Under the pieces are notes generated by a model. It did no database searches. It was not told the origin of the DNA and saw only the letters and a list, made by a program, of their open reading frames with translations. The position numbers were made by a program, and so were the translations under genes. Positions 39,798-49,613 of a DNA stretch of 64,000 nucleotides are shown in pieces. Every line of letters starts with the position of its first letter. Position 1 is the first letter of the stretch. Origin of the DNA: an uncultured delta proteobacterium (GTDB lineage Bacteria; Desulfobacterota; RBG-13-43-22); contig CAWBOS010000010.1 in assembly GCA_963790475.1 (NCBI GenBank), forward strand, positions 928,001 to 992,000. Reading direction: 5' to 3'.

Positions 39798-41291
39798 CTA
39801 CATACCCAGTAAATCCGTTATCTTTAATGCTGTTTTTTCAATAAAAACATTATATTCTCTTTGGGTGATCAATTTGTCAGGCCTGGCGAAGGAATCCCCC
39901 TTAGCCAACTCCGCTGATATAGGACGGTTCTGCAATCTCTTTTTGGGTCGAATGCCAAAATCAGGCAAGAAGTTGTCCTGGAAATACATTTCCTGGAAAC
40001 CGGAAAATTTTAATGAATGGGCGGTAGCATTGAGGACAGCTCTTTCTTTAGGCGAAACTTTTTTTTCGGCCAAAGCCTTAACCAGTCCAGCCAGGCTTTC
40101 TCCACCCTGGGTACAAGCGATATGTCCATTTCGGTTGGCCAGGAGCATATGATCCATGATTGATTGTTCCGTCACCTCGACGACAAAAATATTCTGTTTT
40201 CCTCCCGTTTGATTATATTCCTCAACCATCTCAATAACCCTGGGCATGGATACCGGATTCCCGATCATGGCCGCCTGGGCTACGCTGGATCTTACCTGCA
40301 TTGGTTTGAAAGATCGTTTTGCCGCGCGAGGTTCAAGATAATAGCGATAAACCGGATTGGCATGGTGCGACTGGACCCCGATAATCTTAGGCAAGGTGGA
40401 AATTAAGCCATAACGGAATAGTTTCAAAAATCCTGAGATGATCGCTGTGATGTTACCGGCATTACCAATGGGAACCAGAAGAACGGTGTTGTCCAGTTGA
40501 TAATCCAGCGCCTGGGCGACCTCGAAGGCATAAGACTCCTGCCCTAAGATACGCCAGGCGTTCTTGGAATTGAGAAGGGCCACCGGATAGTGGTCGGAGA
40601 GATATTCCACGACTTTCATGCAATCATCAAAAACTCCCGGAATTTCCAGAACCGTTGCCCCGCTTCCCAGGGGTTGAGAAAGTTGTTGAGGGGTCACTTT
40701 CCCCTTGGGAAGTAATACCGCTGATCGAACCTTTTCCCCAAGATAAGCGGCATAAAGGGCCGCTGAGGCTGAGGTGTCTCCGGTTGAGGCACAGATGGCC
40801 AGGACGTTTTTCATTTTATTCTTGGAGATCAGGTAATTTAAATAGCTTAAAGCACAAGCCATCCCGCGGTCTTTGAAGGAGGCGCTAGGATTTTGTCCCT
40901 CATTTTTAAAAGAAAAAGTCATGCCGATCAATTCTTCAAGCCCTTGATTGGCCTGCACCAAAGGAGTATGTCCTTCTCCTAGATAAAGGATATAGTTGAG
41001 GGGAATAACCGGCGCAATGAATTCATGAAATAAAAAGATCCCTTTCAAGGCTGGAATGGTGGTCATACGCCGGTAATCGAATAACCGGCGCCAAAGCTTT
41101 CCAGATCGTTTTTGTTTCTTTCTTTCCTCTAAATCATAAATGAGCAGGACCCCACCGCAATCAGGGCAGGTATATAAGAGGTTATCGATAGAATGAACCC
41201 GGTGGCAACTGAGACAACGGTATTCCATATGCCCACCAATTTTAGGAATGACATAAGGGCGAATATTTTGGGGGAATTCTGAAAGCTCCAT
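39798..41291 (-). CDS. thrC: Threonine synthase
   Basis: LGEGHTP, NPSASFKDRG, CASTGDTSAS, VPIGNAGN. Confidence 0.93.
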   Translation of the reverse strand: MELSEFPQNIRPYVIPKIGGHMEYRCLSCHRVHSIDNLLYTCPDCGGVLLIYDLEERKKQKRSGKLWRRLFDYRRMTTIPALKGIFLFHEFIAPVIPLNYILYLGEGHTPLVQANQGLEELIGMTFSFKNEGQNPSASFKDRGMACALSYLNYLISKNKMKNVLAICASTGDTSASAALYAAYLGEKVRSAVLLPKGKVTPQQLSQPLGSGATVLEIPGVFDDCMKVVEYLSDHYPVALLNSKNAWRILGQESYAFEVAQALDYQLDNTVLLVPIGNAGNITAIISGFLKLFRYGLISTLPKIIGVQSHHANPVYRYYLEPRAAKRSFKPMQVRSSVAQAAMIGNPVSMPRVIEMVEEYNQTGGKQNIFVVEVTEQSIMDHMLLANRNGHIACTQGGESLAGLVKALAEKKVSPKERAVLNATAHSLKFSGFQEMYFQDNFLPDFGIRPKKRLQNRPISAELAKGDSFARPDKLITQREYNVFIEKTALKITDLLGM

Positions 41292-41459
41292 GATAAATAT
41301 CCTTCTTAAGTCTTTACGGCCCGTTAAATACCTGTCGAAACGTTAAATGAAACATATAAAGTGATTATTTTATTTGTAGCTAAAAGAGGGTAGGGTGTCA
41401 ATAAATTTACTTTGATTTGGCTTGAATTAGGATTCCATTTCCTATATAAATTCTCGATC

Positions 41460-42143
41460 ATGAACTCTAAAACTTCTTTAGGAAATAAGAATATCAAGGC
41501 AATTTTATTTGATATGGATGGGGTCCTTGTGGATAGTATGAACTATCACCTCAGGTCCTGGAAGGAATTACTTGGTTCTTTTGATGTTAATGTATCCGAT
41601 GAATTTATCTTTGAACATGAAGGGGCCATGTCTACGGAAATAATAAGAGAACTTTTTAAAGAAAATGGGTACCTTATTGATGAGGAGCAAATTAAAGATA
41701 TCTATTTGACCCAAAATTCCGTGTTTATGACCCGGTATTTATCTCAGGTGAATCTTTACCCGGATTCATTGCCTCTATTGGCGCAATTAAAGAACAAAGA
41801 AATTTTGTTAGGACTGGTGACCAGTTCCAGAAGAAATCTGGTCGATCAAATATGGAAGCAAGAAGAGTTGGCCTACTTTTCCACGACTATCTCGGCCGAC
41901 GACATTGACCGCTTTAAACCCTATCCCGACCCCTACCTCAAAGCGGTTCAAGAAATAGAACAAGAGCCGATGAACTGTTTAGTGATCGAAAATGCCCCGG
42001 CCGGCATTCAATCCGCCTCTTCCGCAGGAATTTCTTGCTTTGCAATTTCCTCCACTCTTTCGGAAGAAAAGCTGTCCGGAGCACAGCAAGTCTTTCCAAA
42101 TCTTAAATCCTTAAGCCTTTTCTTTGATAAGATCATTCCCTAA
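41460..42143 (+). CDS. HAD-superfamily phosphatase
   Basis: FDMDGVLVDS, VTSS, KPYPDPY, IENAPAG. Confidence 0.9.
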   Translation: MNSKTSLGNKNIKAILFDMDGVLVDSMNYHLRSWKELLGSFDVNVSDEFIFEHEGAMSTEIIRELFKENGYLIDEEQIKDIYLTQNSVFMTRYLSQVNLYPDSLPLLAQLKNKEILLGLVTSSRRNLVDQIWKQEELAYFSTTISADDIDRFKPYPDPYLKAVQEIEQEPMNCLVIENAPAGIQSASSAGISCFAISSTLSEEKLSGAQQVFPNLKSLSLFFDKIIP

Positions 42144-42207
42144 CCGGTTATATTTGTGAACAATCAGTTTTATAGAGCTCTGATCTTACCCTTTTCTTTA
42201 TTATATT

Positions 42208-42235
42208 ATGTCTGATAAGATATATTATGTAAACT
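42208..42235 (+). other. dif site (XerC/XerD chromosome-dimer resolution)
   Basis: ATGTCTGATAA-GATATA-TTATGTAAACT (11-6-11) versus E. coli GGTGCGCATAA-TGTATA-TTATGTTAAAT; intergenic; KOPS converge on it. Confidence 0.85.
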
Positions 42236-42804
42236 AAATTAAATTTATCTAAATTTAAGCCGTTAAAGGGATCTGGACAGACTAGCCCACATCACTATTT
42301 CCAAAACGATACATTTCAATAAGAGGATATTAGTAAAGGGTTCAAGGGGATTTCTGTGATTTATGAGTAGGATTTTTGACTTGAAATTTCGGCCACCCGA
42401 CTCTAGCGCCTGGACCGGATTTGATTTTAAACCTCCAGCCTTAGAACAAAGAAAATAACAATGCGCATCCGGTCATGACATGACCGGCACCTATTGCTGG
42501 GATAAACAATAAATCAACAAATTACAATGTTTTTAGAGTTATTGATTTAACTTTCTTGGCATAGGAATACTAAATCCTTTCAGCTCCAAGGCATATTTAG
42601 ATTATAAGAATACGATTATTCATAATAACATTTTAATAAATAATTACAAATGCATACATTGTATTAGTAACGTATCATATTAGTAAATTAAATTAAACTC
42701 AATAAAACGTAATGTATTAAATTATATTAGTTGTGTATTGTACTGTTAATGAGTATAAAATATAAATTTAACCATATAACATTACAGCCCCAAAATATCT
42801 CCCA

Positions 42805-43122
42805 TCAAATCGGAGGCGCGATAACAGCAAGAGCCCGCATATCGGTCTTAGCCTGAATTCCATGGGGGTCACTGATATCACACACCAGGACATCTCCAGT
42901 TTCGGCCGGCAGCGTTTGGCCTTCCTTCGCCAAGAATAAACCGCTCCCCTCCAGAACGATGATGCTGACCTCCCCTTCTATATCATGGGAATGGATCGGC
43001 AGGGATTGTCCGGCCTTAAGGTTGAAATTCATTACTTTCATATAGGGGGATTCATGTACTAGAAAGGTCGAGAGGGCATTGTCTTTGAATTGGTTTTCTT
43101 TGAAAACGGCGATTTTTTTCAT
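42805..43122 (-). CDS. Cupin domain protein
   Basis: GQSLPIHSH...VLEG.G...PHG; SD AAGGAG before MKKI. Confidence 0.88.
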   Translation of the reverse strand: MKKIAVFKENQFKDNALSTFLVHESPYMKVMNFNLKAGQSLPIHSHDIEGEVSIIVLEGSGLFLAKEGQTLPAETGDVLVCDISDPHGIQAKTDMRALAVIAPPI

Positions 43123-43219
43123 TGTGACATTCTCCTTTTCTTGATTTGGCCCGACCATATCAGGCAAGTCAGTTCTTAAGTTTGTCGCAAGTTCAAACTG
43201 TCTCCATCATTTAGTTGAT

Positions 43220-43900
43220 TTAGAAACCCCCGCCCTAAGGGCGGGGTCATGTGGACTGGCTATGCCGGTCCCGAATGGGCTTGGCTGAAAGCCCACCCAC
43301 TGCTATTTTTTCCATCGAGTTGTTGCCGCAACATCGAAAGAAAGGAGATAGCAGTGAGTAGATTCCGAAAATTATCACATACCATATGGCATTGTCAGTA
43401 TCATATTGTCTGGGTTCCGAAATATCGCTATCAGATATTGGCTGGGAACATCGGGGAAACGATGGCCAGCGGGATCCAAGCGATTTGCGGGTATGCGGGT
43501 TGTGAAGTTAACGAGTTGAATGTTCAAAAGGATCATATTCATCTGGTAGCCATGGTTCCGCCCAAAGTATCGATATCGGACTTGATGGGGCGGGTCAAGG
43601 GTCAGACATCGATGAAAATGTTTAACCAGTATCGGCAGTTGCGGAAGAAGCCGTATTGGGGTAATCATTTTTGGACCCCGGGGTATTGTGTGGATACCGT
43701 TGGAATGGATGAGGAACTGATCCGGAAGTATGTCCGGTATCAAGAGGAAAAAGAAAAACAGTTCGAACAATTGCACTTGAATTTGTAGATCATCCATAAC
43801 GCGGCACAACTCGGAAGCCCTGCCTCCTCAGGGGGCAGGGCCATTGCCCCCCTATGGGGGGCCCAGTTAAAGCCACGCCCTATGGGCGTGGATTATTTAC
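43220..43900 (+). mobile_element. IS200-type element (tnpA only)
   Basis: Follows TTGAT; LE hairpin CCCCGCCC-taa-GGGCGGGG; RE hairpin CCACGCCC-tat-GGGCGTGG; ends approximate. Confidence 0.9.
43354..43788 (+). CDS. tnpA: IS200/IS605 Y1 (HUH) transposase
   Basis: YHIVWVPKYR, DHIH, HFW..GY, YVRYQ; GTG start after SD AAGGAG. Confidence 0.95.
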   Translation: MSRFRKLSHTIWHCQYHIVWVPKYRYQILAGNIGETMASGIQAICGYAGCEVNELNVQKDHIHLVAMVPPKVSISDLMGRVKGQTSMKMFNQYRQLRKKPYWGNHFWTPGYCVDTVGMDEELIRKYVRYQEEKEKQFEQLHLNL

Positions 43901-43914
43901 AAAACTCAAATTTT

Positions 43915-44202
43915 CTATTTGCCCACGACTGTCTCCTTTCCCTTGGTTGCTTCCTCTATCCCCTTCAGTTTCGCCCTCAAATCGGCCAAAGCCTTTTCCT
44001 GCTCGATGAGAATGGAGACCAGGATGGTTTCCAGGGGCCAGGGACGGGAGGCATAGACCCCGGCCTGGACGTGAAGGCGGGCCAGGTCAAACAGCCGGTC
44101 CAGAACCGCCTGATCTTCCCGACGCAGGCCGCGGCGGAATTTCTTCCAGTCCTGATATTCCCGCTCCAGAATCTGGCTGAAGGGCAAAACCGTCCGTCCC
44201 AT
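43915..44202 (-). CDS. Small helical protein, arCOG07300-like (PolB2-operon associated)
   Basis: MGRTVLPF...W..FRR.LR.EDQ...D.LF..AR.H; start 2 nt after the upstream stop. Confidence 0.7.
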   Translation of the reverse strand: MGRTVLPFSQILEREYQDWKKFRRGLRREDQAVLDRLFDLARLHVQAGVYASRPWPLETILVSILIEQEKALADLRAKLKGIEEATKGKETVVGK

Positions 44203-44204
44203 TG

Positions 44205-44795
44205 CTATCCCTTTCTTTCGGGAAGGAAAAGGGAAGGGTATAATTTCCCTTCCAGTCCCTGACCTCCCTGGCTGACCCGGATAACCCATTGGACGGATCT
44301 GGACAGCTCTCTTCCGAAATGCCGGTTTTTTACCTGCCGGGAAATGGGACCTTGAAAAAGATAACACCCCTGCCCTCTCTCTTTTAAGACAAGTAAAGAA
44401 CGAACCACCTGGCGAAAAAGGGTCTGCCTTTCCTTTAAAGGAACCTGTTCGTCATAGAACAGGATACCCGGTCCCAATACAAAAAGAGGACCTTCCGCCC
44501 TTTGGCCGGGAAGGGTCTCGCAGAGCAAGGTTGCCAATTGGTGGCAAGTGAAGGCCCGGCTGAGACGGATCCGTTCCAGAAGGGGACGCAAAGGGGTTTC
44601 TGATAACCGGCCTACTCTGGCCACCAGATAGGGATCAAAGGATTGGGCGGCATCCACCAGAGTGATCGATTTTCCCTGAAGCGATAACTGGCCCATCAGG
44701 TAAGCGGAAAGGCGGGCCATGGCTTCCCCGAAGAAAAGGATGCTGCCTCCGGAAAGGGCCAAAGACCGCATCTTTTGCCAAGGCAAAAAATCCAT
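44205..44795 (-). CDS. Inactivated RadA/RecA-like (ImuA-like) protein
   Basis: LVDAAQSFDPY, L..I.LSRAFTCHQL; no Walker A GKT. Confidence 0.75.
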   Translation of the reverse strand: MDFLPWQKMRSLALSGGSILFFGEAMARLSAYLMGQLSLQGKSITLVDAAQSFDPYLVARVGRLSETPLRPLLERIRLSRAFTCHQLATLLCETLPGQRAEGPLFVLGPGILFYDEQVPLKERQTLFRQVVRSLLVLKERGQGCYLFQGPISRQVKNRHFGRELSRSVQWVIRVSQGGQGLEGKLYPSLFLPERKG

Positions 44796-44800
44796 CTCCC

Positions 44801-45412
44801 CTACCCTACTTCCACCGGGCGATAAATCCCAATGACTTTGCCCAGAATACTCATGGTCGTTATATCCCGGCCTTTCAGGATCAGGGGAGGAAATTCCGGG
44901 TGTTCCCCCCTTAAGATAACTTTATCTTTTTCTCGATAGAACCGTTTCAATGTGATTTCCTCACCAATCCGGAAAACCCCTACGGCCCCCTGAGAGAGAT
45001 GGTCCTGACGGCGGACGATGACCTGATCCCCGGTTAAAATATAAGGGCTCATGCTTTCTCCTTGTACCCGCAGGAGAAAAACCTCTGCTCCCCTGACCCA
45101 ATTTTCCGGAAGGGAAACATGTCCTTCGGCGGATTCTTCTATCTGCCGGGGATCGCCGGCCGGAATGGCCCCATACAGGGGAACGGTACGCATCGGCCCG
45201 GGAGAAGGGATCAGACGAAGCCCGCGGGAACGGTTAACTTCACGGCTCAGGTATCCTTTTCGAGTCAAGGCCTTCAGATGATCCTGAACCGTGCCCAGGT
45301 TGATCTTAAAAAACTTTGCCGTTTCCCGGAAAGAAGGAGGATAGCCGTGTTCCGTCTGGTAATCCCGGAGATACCCTAATATTTGTTTTTGACGATTGGT
45401 AAGGGACTGCAT
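44801..45412 (-). CDS. lexA: LexA repressor
   Basis: LT.RQ.QIL, GYPPS.RE, cleavage site IPAG, catalytic GESM and TLKR. Confidence 0.95.
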   Translation of the reverse strand: MQSLTNRQKQILGYLRDYQTEHGYPPSFRETAKFFKINLGTVQDHLKALTRKGYLSREVNRSRGLRLIPSPGPMRTVPLYGAIPAGDPRQIEESAEGHVSLPENWVRGAEVFLLRVQGESMSPYILTGDQVIVRRQDHLSQGAVGVFRIGEEITLKRFYREKDKVILRGEHPEFPPLILKGRDITTMSILGKVIGIYRPVEVG

Positions 45413-45427
45413 GGTAGTGAATCAAAT

Positions 45428-45451
45428 ACCATACATTTGTATGGTTGTCAA
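45428..45451 (-). promoter_or_regulatory. lexA -35 box with a palindromic operator in the spacer
   Basis: Minus strand: TTGACA directly followed by ACCATACA-aa-TGTATGGT. Confidence 0.7.
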
Positions 45452-45465
45452 TAAAAAAACGACCG

Positions 45466-45499
45466 ATTGGGCAATGGGCTATAGGCGATGGGCAATAGG
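45466..45499. repeat. Heptamer tandem repeat
   Basis: gattggg caatggg ctatagg cgatggg caatagg. Confidence 0.7.
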
Positions 45500-45639
45500 T
45501 TGTGAAAATTGATGAAATAAATTCTTGAACAAAAGAAATTAACTGTGTAGTAAAAAGACAGAGAGCCGGGCTGAGGACGGATGGGTTGAGGTAGTTTAAG
45601 CGGGTGGAGGATCTATTTGCAAAAAAAGAAAGGGGCCCA

Positions 45640-47067
45640 ATGCGCAATCTCACCTTGTTGACCGATATGTATGAATTGACCATGGTTGGCGGATATCTGA
45701 TCAACGGTAAGGAAAACCAAAGGGCCAACTTTGATTACTTCTTCCGCAAAATTCCGGATGAAGGAGGGTACTGTATTGCCGCCGGTCTTGAACAAGTAAT
45801 TGATTATATCAAGAATATTCGTTTCACCTCCGAGGACTTGGCGTACCTGGAAGGCCTGGGGGTCTTTCCTGAAAAGGTCTTCCGCTATCTGGAGCAATTC
45901 CACTTTACCGGTGATCTTTTCGCCGTGCCGGAAGGTACGATTATTTTCCCCCATGAACCGATCATCCGGGTTACGGCCCCCTTACCGGAGGCCCAGTTTA
46001 TTGAATCGGCCTTGCTTAATATTATGAATTTTCAAACCCTGATCGCCACCAAGGCTTCCAGGGTAAGCACGGCGGCGGAAGGAGATCCGGTTATCGAATT
46101 CGGTCTCCGGCGCGCCCATGGTCCGGATGCCGCCATTGGGGCTGCCCGGGCGGCTTTTATCGGCGGCGCCCAGGGCACCTCCAATATCCTGGCCGGAAAA
46201 TTGTTCGACATACCGGTCCGCGGGACGGTAGCCCATAGCTGGGTGGAATCTTTTCCTTCGGAGCTTGACGCCTTCAGGGCCTATTGCCGGGTTTATCCCA
46301 AGGATTGCCTGTTGTTGGTGGACACCTATGATACCCTGAAAAGCGGGGTACCCAACGCCATCAAGATAGGAAAGGAATTAAGGGACCAAGGAAAGGGAGA
46401 ATTAAAAGGGATTCGCCTCGACAGCGGAGATCTGGCCTACTTGAGCAAAGAAGCCAGAAAAATGTTGGACCGGGAAGGATTTGAAGGGGTCAAGATCTTC
46501 GCTTCCAGTGATCTGGATGAGTGGATTATTGAAAGTATCAAAAAGCAAGGAGGCCGGATTGATACCTGGGGGGTCGGGACTAAGCTGGTAACCGCCTATT
46601 CCACCCCGGCCCTGGGCGGCGTCTATAAGCTAACGGCCATCGAAGAAAAAGGACGGATGCAGCCCAAAATCAAACTATCGGACAATCCGGAAAAGATAAC
46701 CAATCCCGGATTGAAAAAAGTGATTCGATTTTTTGATGATTCGAATTTAATGCGCGGTGACATTATGTTTCTGGAAGAAGAGCTCCTGGAGGCTAAACCG
46801 TTACGGGGATACCATTCTGTTATCCCAAATATCAGCAAAGTATATCCCCTTCAATTCTCAAGGCAGGAGTTGTTGGTTCCGATTTTTCAAGGAGGCCGGC
46901 TGGTCTATCCCCTCCCCTCCTTGAAGGAAATCCAAGAAAACAGGCGGCGGAATTTGGATCAATTGGGTTTTGAATTTAAACGATTTAAGAATCCCCATAT
47001 TTATCATGTAAGCTTGAGCAAGCAATTGATGAAAACCAAAAAGGATCTGTTACGAGAAGTTATTTAG
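45640..47067 (+). CDS. pncB: Nicotinate phosphoribosyltransferase
   Basis: LLTDMYELTM, EFGLRRAHG, GT.AHSW, LVDTYDT, IRLDSGDL, GVGT. Confidence 0.95.
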   Translation: MRNLTLLTDMYELTMVGGYLINGKENQRANFDYFFRKIPDEGGYCIAAGLEQVIDYIKNIRFTSEDLAYLEGLGVFPEKVFRYLEQFHFTGDLFAVPEGTIIFPHEPIIRVTAPLPEAQFIESALLNIMNFQTLIATKASRVSTAAEGDPVIEFGLRRAHGPDAAIGAARAAFIGGAQGTSNILAGKLFDIPVRGTVAHSWVESFPSELDAFRAYCRVYPKDCLLLVDTYDTLKSGVPNAIKIGKELRDQGKGELKGIRLDSGDLAYLSKEARKMLDREGFEGVKIFASSDLDEWIIESIKKQGGRIDTWGVGTKLVTAYSTPALGGVYKLTAIEEKGRMQPKIKLSDNPEKITNPGLKKVIRFFDDSNLMRGDIMFLEEELLEAKPLRGYHSVIPNISKVYPLQFSRQELLVPIFQGGRLVYPLPSLKEIQENRRRNLDQLGFEFKRFKNPHIYHVSLSKQLMKTKKDLLREVI

Positions 47068-47417
47068 GGTTCAATCATCTTCCTTCTCCCCTGCCCTTTC
47101 TTGAAAAATTTTCTTCGCTCTTTGGATACGGGTACATCTTTCTTTCGCCTGTCCAATACTTCTACAAGAAGGGGTAAAAGTAATGAACCCCCCGACAATA
47201 TGAAGACCAAAAGAATAGGGATCTTCTTCTCCAGGATGATAAATTGGGTTTTAACCAACAGAAGTTCACTCTTCGTCCAACCCCTCTGGGTTCCTTTCAT
47301 AAGCAGGGCAGTGAGGCCTTTGACGGAATCAATCTCTTTCAGAATCCTTTTCCGATATTTGACAAGAAGTTTTCTGAGAATTTCCCGGTCAAAAAGTTTG
47401 GCGTAGTTTATAAGCAT
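47064..47417 (-). CDS. Hypothetical membrane protein (possibly LETM1-like)
   Basis: WTK.E......Q.....K.IP.L..F...GG..LLP.L pattern; start uncertain. Confidence 0.5.
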   Translation of the reverse strand: MLINYAKLFDREILRKLLVKYRKRILKEIDSVKGLTALLMKGTQRGWTKSELLLVKTQFIILEKKIPILLVFILSGGSLLLPLLVEVLDRRKKDVPVSKERRKFFKKGQGRRKMIEP

Positions 47418-47541
47418 CTTCAACCTTTATGGCTCAATAATATGAACCGGGGGCATGGTGAGGTGATTTAAACTTTGTTCATTTATCGTCACACCCAACC
47501 CAGGACCGACTAACGGGCCTGCTTCCTTTTCCCCTATAAAT

Positions 47542-47570
47542 AAAAAAACCCCTCTCGTGAGGAGGGGGTT
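47542..47570 (-). terminator. Rho-independent terminator after the acyl-CoA dehydrogenase
   Basis: GC-rich hairpin AACCCCCTCCTCACGAGAGGGGTT followed by a T run on the minus strand. Confidence 0.65.
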
Positions 47571-47603
47571 CTCGATTGTTCATTTCAAGTCAAGCCAGCG
47601 CTG

Positions 47604-49425
47604 TTAGAAGGCCTCTGCCGGAATATCGACTGCCGAGGTGTCTTCCAGCTCCAGGGTGGCATGCCGGGAAAAGACATTGGGCAGGATATTCCGGCAGAAA
47701 TACTTTACCGTTTCTATTTTCCCGCGGTAGAAGAACCCATCGGCAGAATCGGCCTTAACGCCCTTCAACTGTTCCCGGGCCAGCAGTCCCTGTTCCAGCA
47801 GCAGGTTGGCCATAAGGGTTTCAGAGAAACAATCCAGGAAACGGGTGGCGGTCAAGGGAACCAGTCTGATCTTCTCTCCCCCAAAATACTGCATATACCG
47901 GGTTGGAAAATCATTGGTCTCCTGGGCCGCTCTGAGGAGGAGTTCAAAATCTTTTCCGAAATCCGGATCCCCTTTATGTTGATTGGCAAAGTCCATAATC
48001 CCCTGGATCCAGTCCTGATACACCTGACCGCCATTCAGGGTCAGCTTGCGGCCAAACAAGTCCTGGGCTTGTATGTAGTTGGTGCCTTCCCATATGGAAA
48101 CAATCTTGCAATCCCGGGCATATTGCTCTACCGGGAACTCTTGACAATATCCGACCCCGCCCAGAACCTGGATGGCATCCCGGATGAGCAGGTAGCCGAA
48201 GTCGGAAATATAGGCCTTGACCAGGGGGGTCAAAAGTTCCACCTGACTGAAGGCCTTATTCCGGGTGGCCTGGTCAGGGTCGTATTCCGAAATGTCGATC
48301 AGGTAGAAAAGCTTTCCGATCATGGCCCGCATGGCTTCCGTTCCAGACTTGAGGTTCATGAGCATGCGCCGCACATCTTCGTGTTGAATGATCGTTCACA
48401 GACGGCCCTCGACGATTGGTAAGCAGAGGCCCTTGAACCCTTTCTTTGGCGTATTGGCGGGCGGTGTCGTAGGCGGCGGCGGTCAATCCCAGGGTCTGAA
48501 CCCCGCAGCCCATCCGGGCCTCGTTCATCATCTCGAACATCTTGGCCATGCCACTGTGTGGTTGACCCAGCAGGATGCCTCGGCAACCCCCCTTTTCCCC
48601 AAAGATCAAGGAAGCAGTCGGAGAACCGTGAATGCCCATTTTATGCTCTATGCTGCTGCAAAAGACATCGTTAGGTTCTCCGAGGGTCCCATCGGGGTTG
48701 ACCCAGATCTTGGGTACGATAAATAAGGAGATTCCTTTGGTCCCCGGCGGGCCTCCTTCAACACGGGCCAGCACCAGATGAATGATATTATCGGCCAGGT
48801 CATGATTCCCGCAGGTGATAAAACATTTATTACCTTCAATTTTATAGATTCGAGGGTCTTTCGAGTTCGGATCGGGCACGGCCTTGGTTCGTGTGTTGCC
48901 CACATCAGACCCGGCATTGGGTTCGGTCAGACACATGGTCCCGGTCCAGACGCCGGTGTTCAGCTTTTCCAGAAACAGGGCCTTGTCTTCCTCGGTCCCG
49001 TGGTGCTCAATGACCCGGGCATTGGAAATACTGAGTCCCGGAAAAGTCATAAAGGCCATATTGGCGGCGATGAATAACTCATTGACCAATCCCGTAAGAA
49101 CGTTCGGAAGGCCTTGGCCCCCGAACTGCGGATTGCCGTTAAGGGAAATCCAGCTGTTTTCCGCCATTACCTTCCAACTTTGATGAAATGATTTGGGGAC
49201 CTTGACCTCTCCGTTGTCATAGGTACAGCCCTCCTTGTCCCCATCCTGATTGGTCGGGCCGATGACTTCCTTGCAGACCTTCATTGCCTCCTGAATGATC
49301 ATTTCAAAATCGTCCAAACTGAAATCCTTGAAAGCCTCATACTTTAAAAGATCGGCCATCTTCAGATGCTCGAAAAGAACAAACCTCAGGTCCCGATCAT
49401 CGCGATTAAAAAAATTTGTTCCCAT
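47604..49425 (-). CDS. Acyl-CoA dehydrogenase (~600-aa type), +1 frameshift near 48395
   Basis: GTMCLTEP.AGSD, EHKMGIHGS, ERVQG; then IIQHEDVRRML, QVLGGVGY, IWEGTNYIQ in the other frame. Confidence 0.9.
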
Positions 49426-49613
49426 GAGATGCCCCCTATTAAATTATTAAATCAAAAATCTATTCTGGTTTCCGGGTTTCACCGGACCCCGACAGACTTT
49501 TGCGATGGTTCCGGTTTTTTTTACTATAAATAATCTAAGAATGGAAGAGAAGAATTAGAAAATATTAAAGAAAGCCCTTGAAGAATGGGTTAGAAACAGG
49601 ATAATATCAATCC

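Noticed and set aside
42590-42790. AT-rich tract as oriC
   Set aside because: No DnaA-box cluster or dnaA seen; adjacent dif and converging KOPS indicate the terminus
47661-48422. Long antisense ORFs (this one, 62332-62976, 52567-53097 and others)
   Set aside because: Opposite well-supported genes and without recognisable motifs
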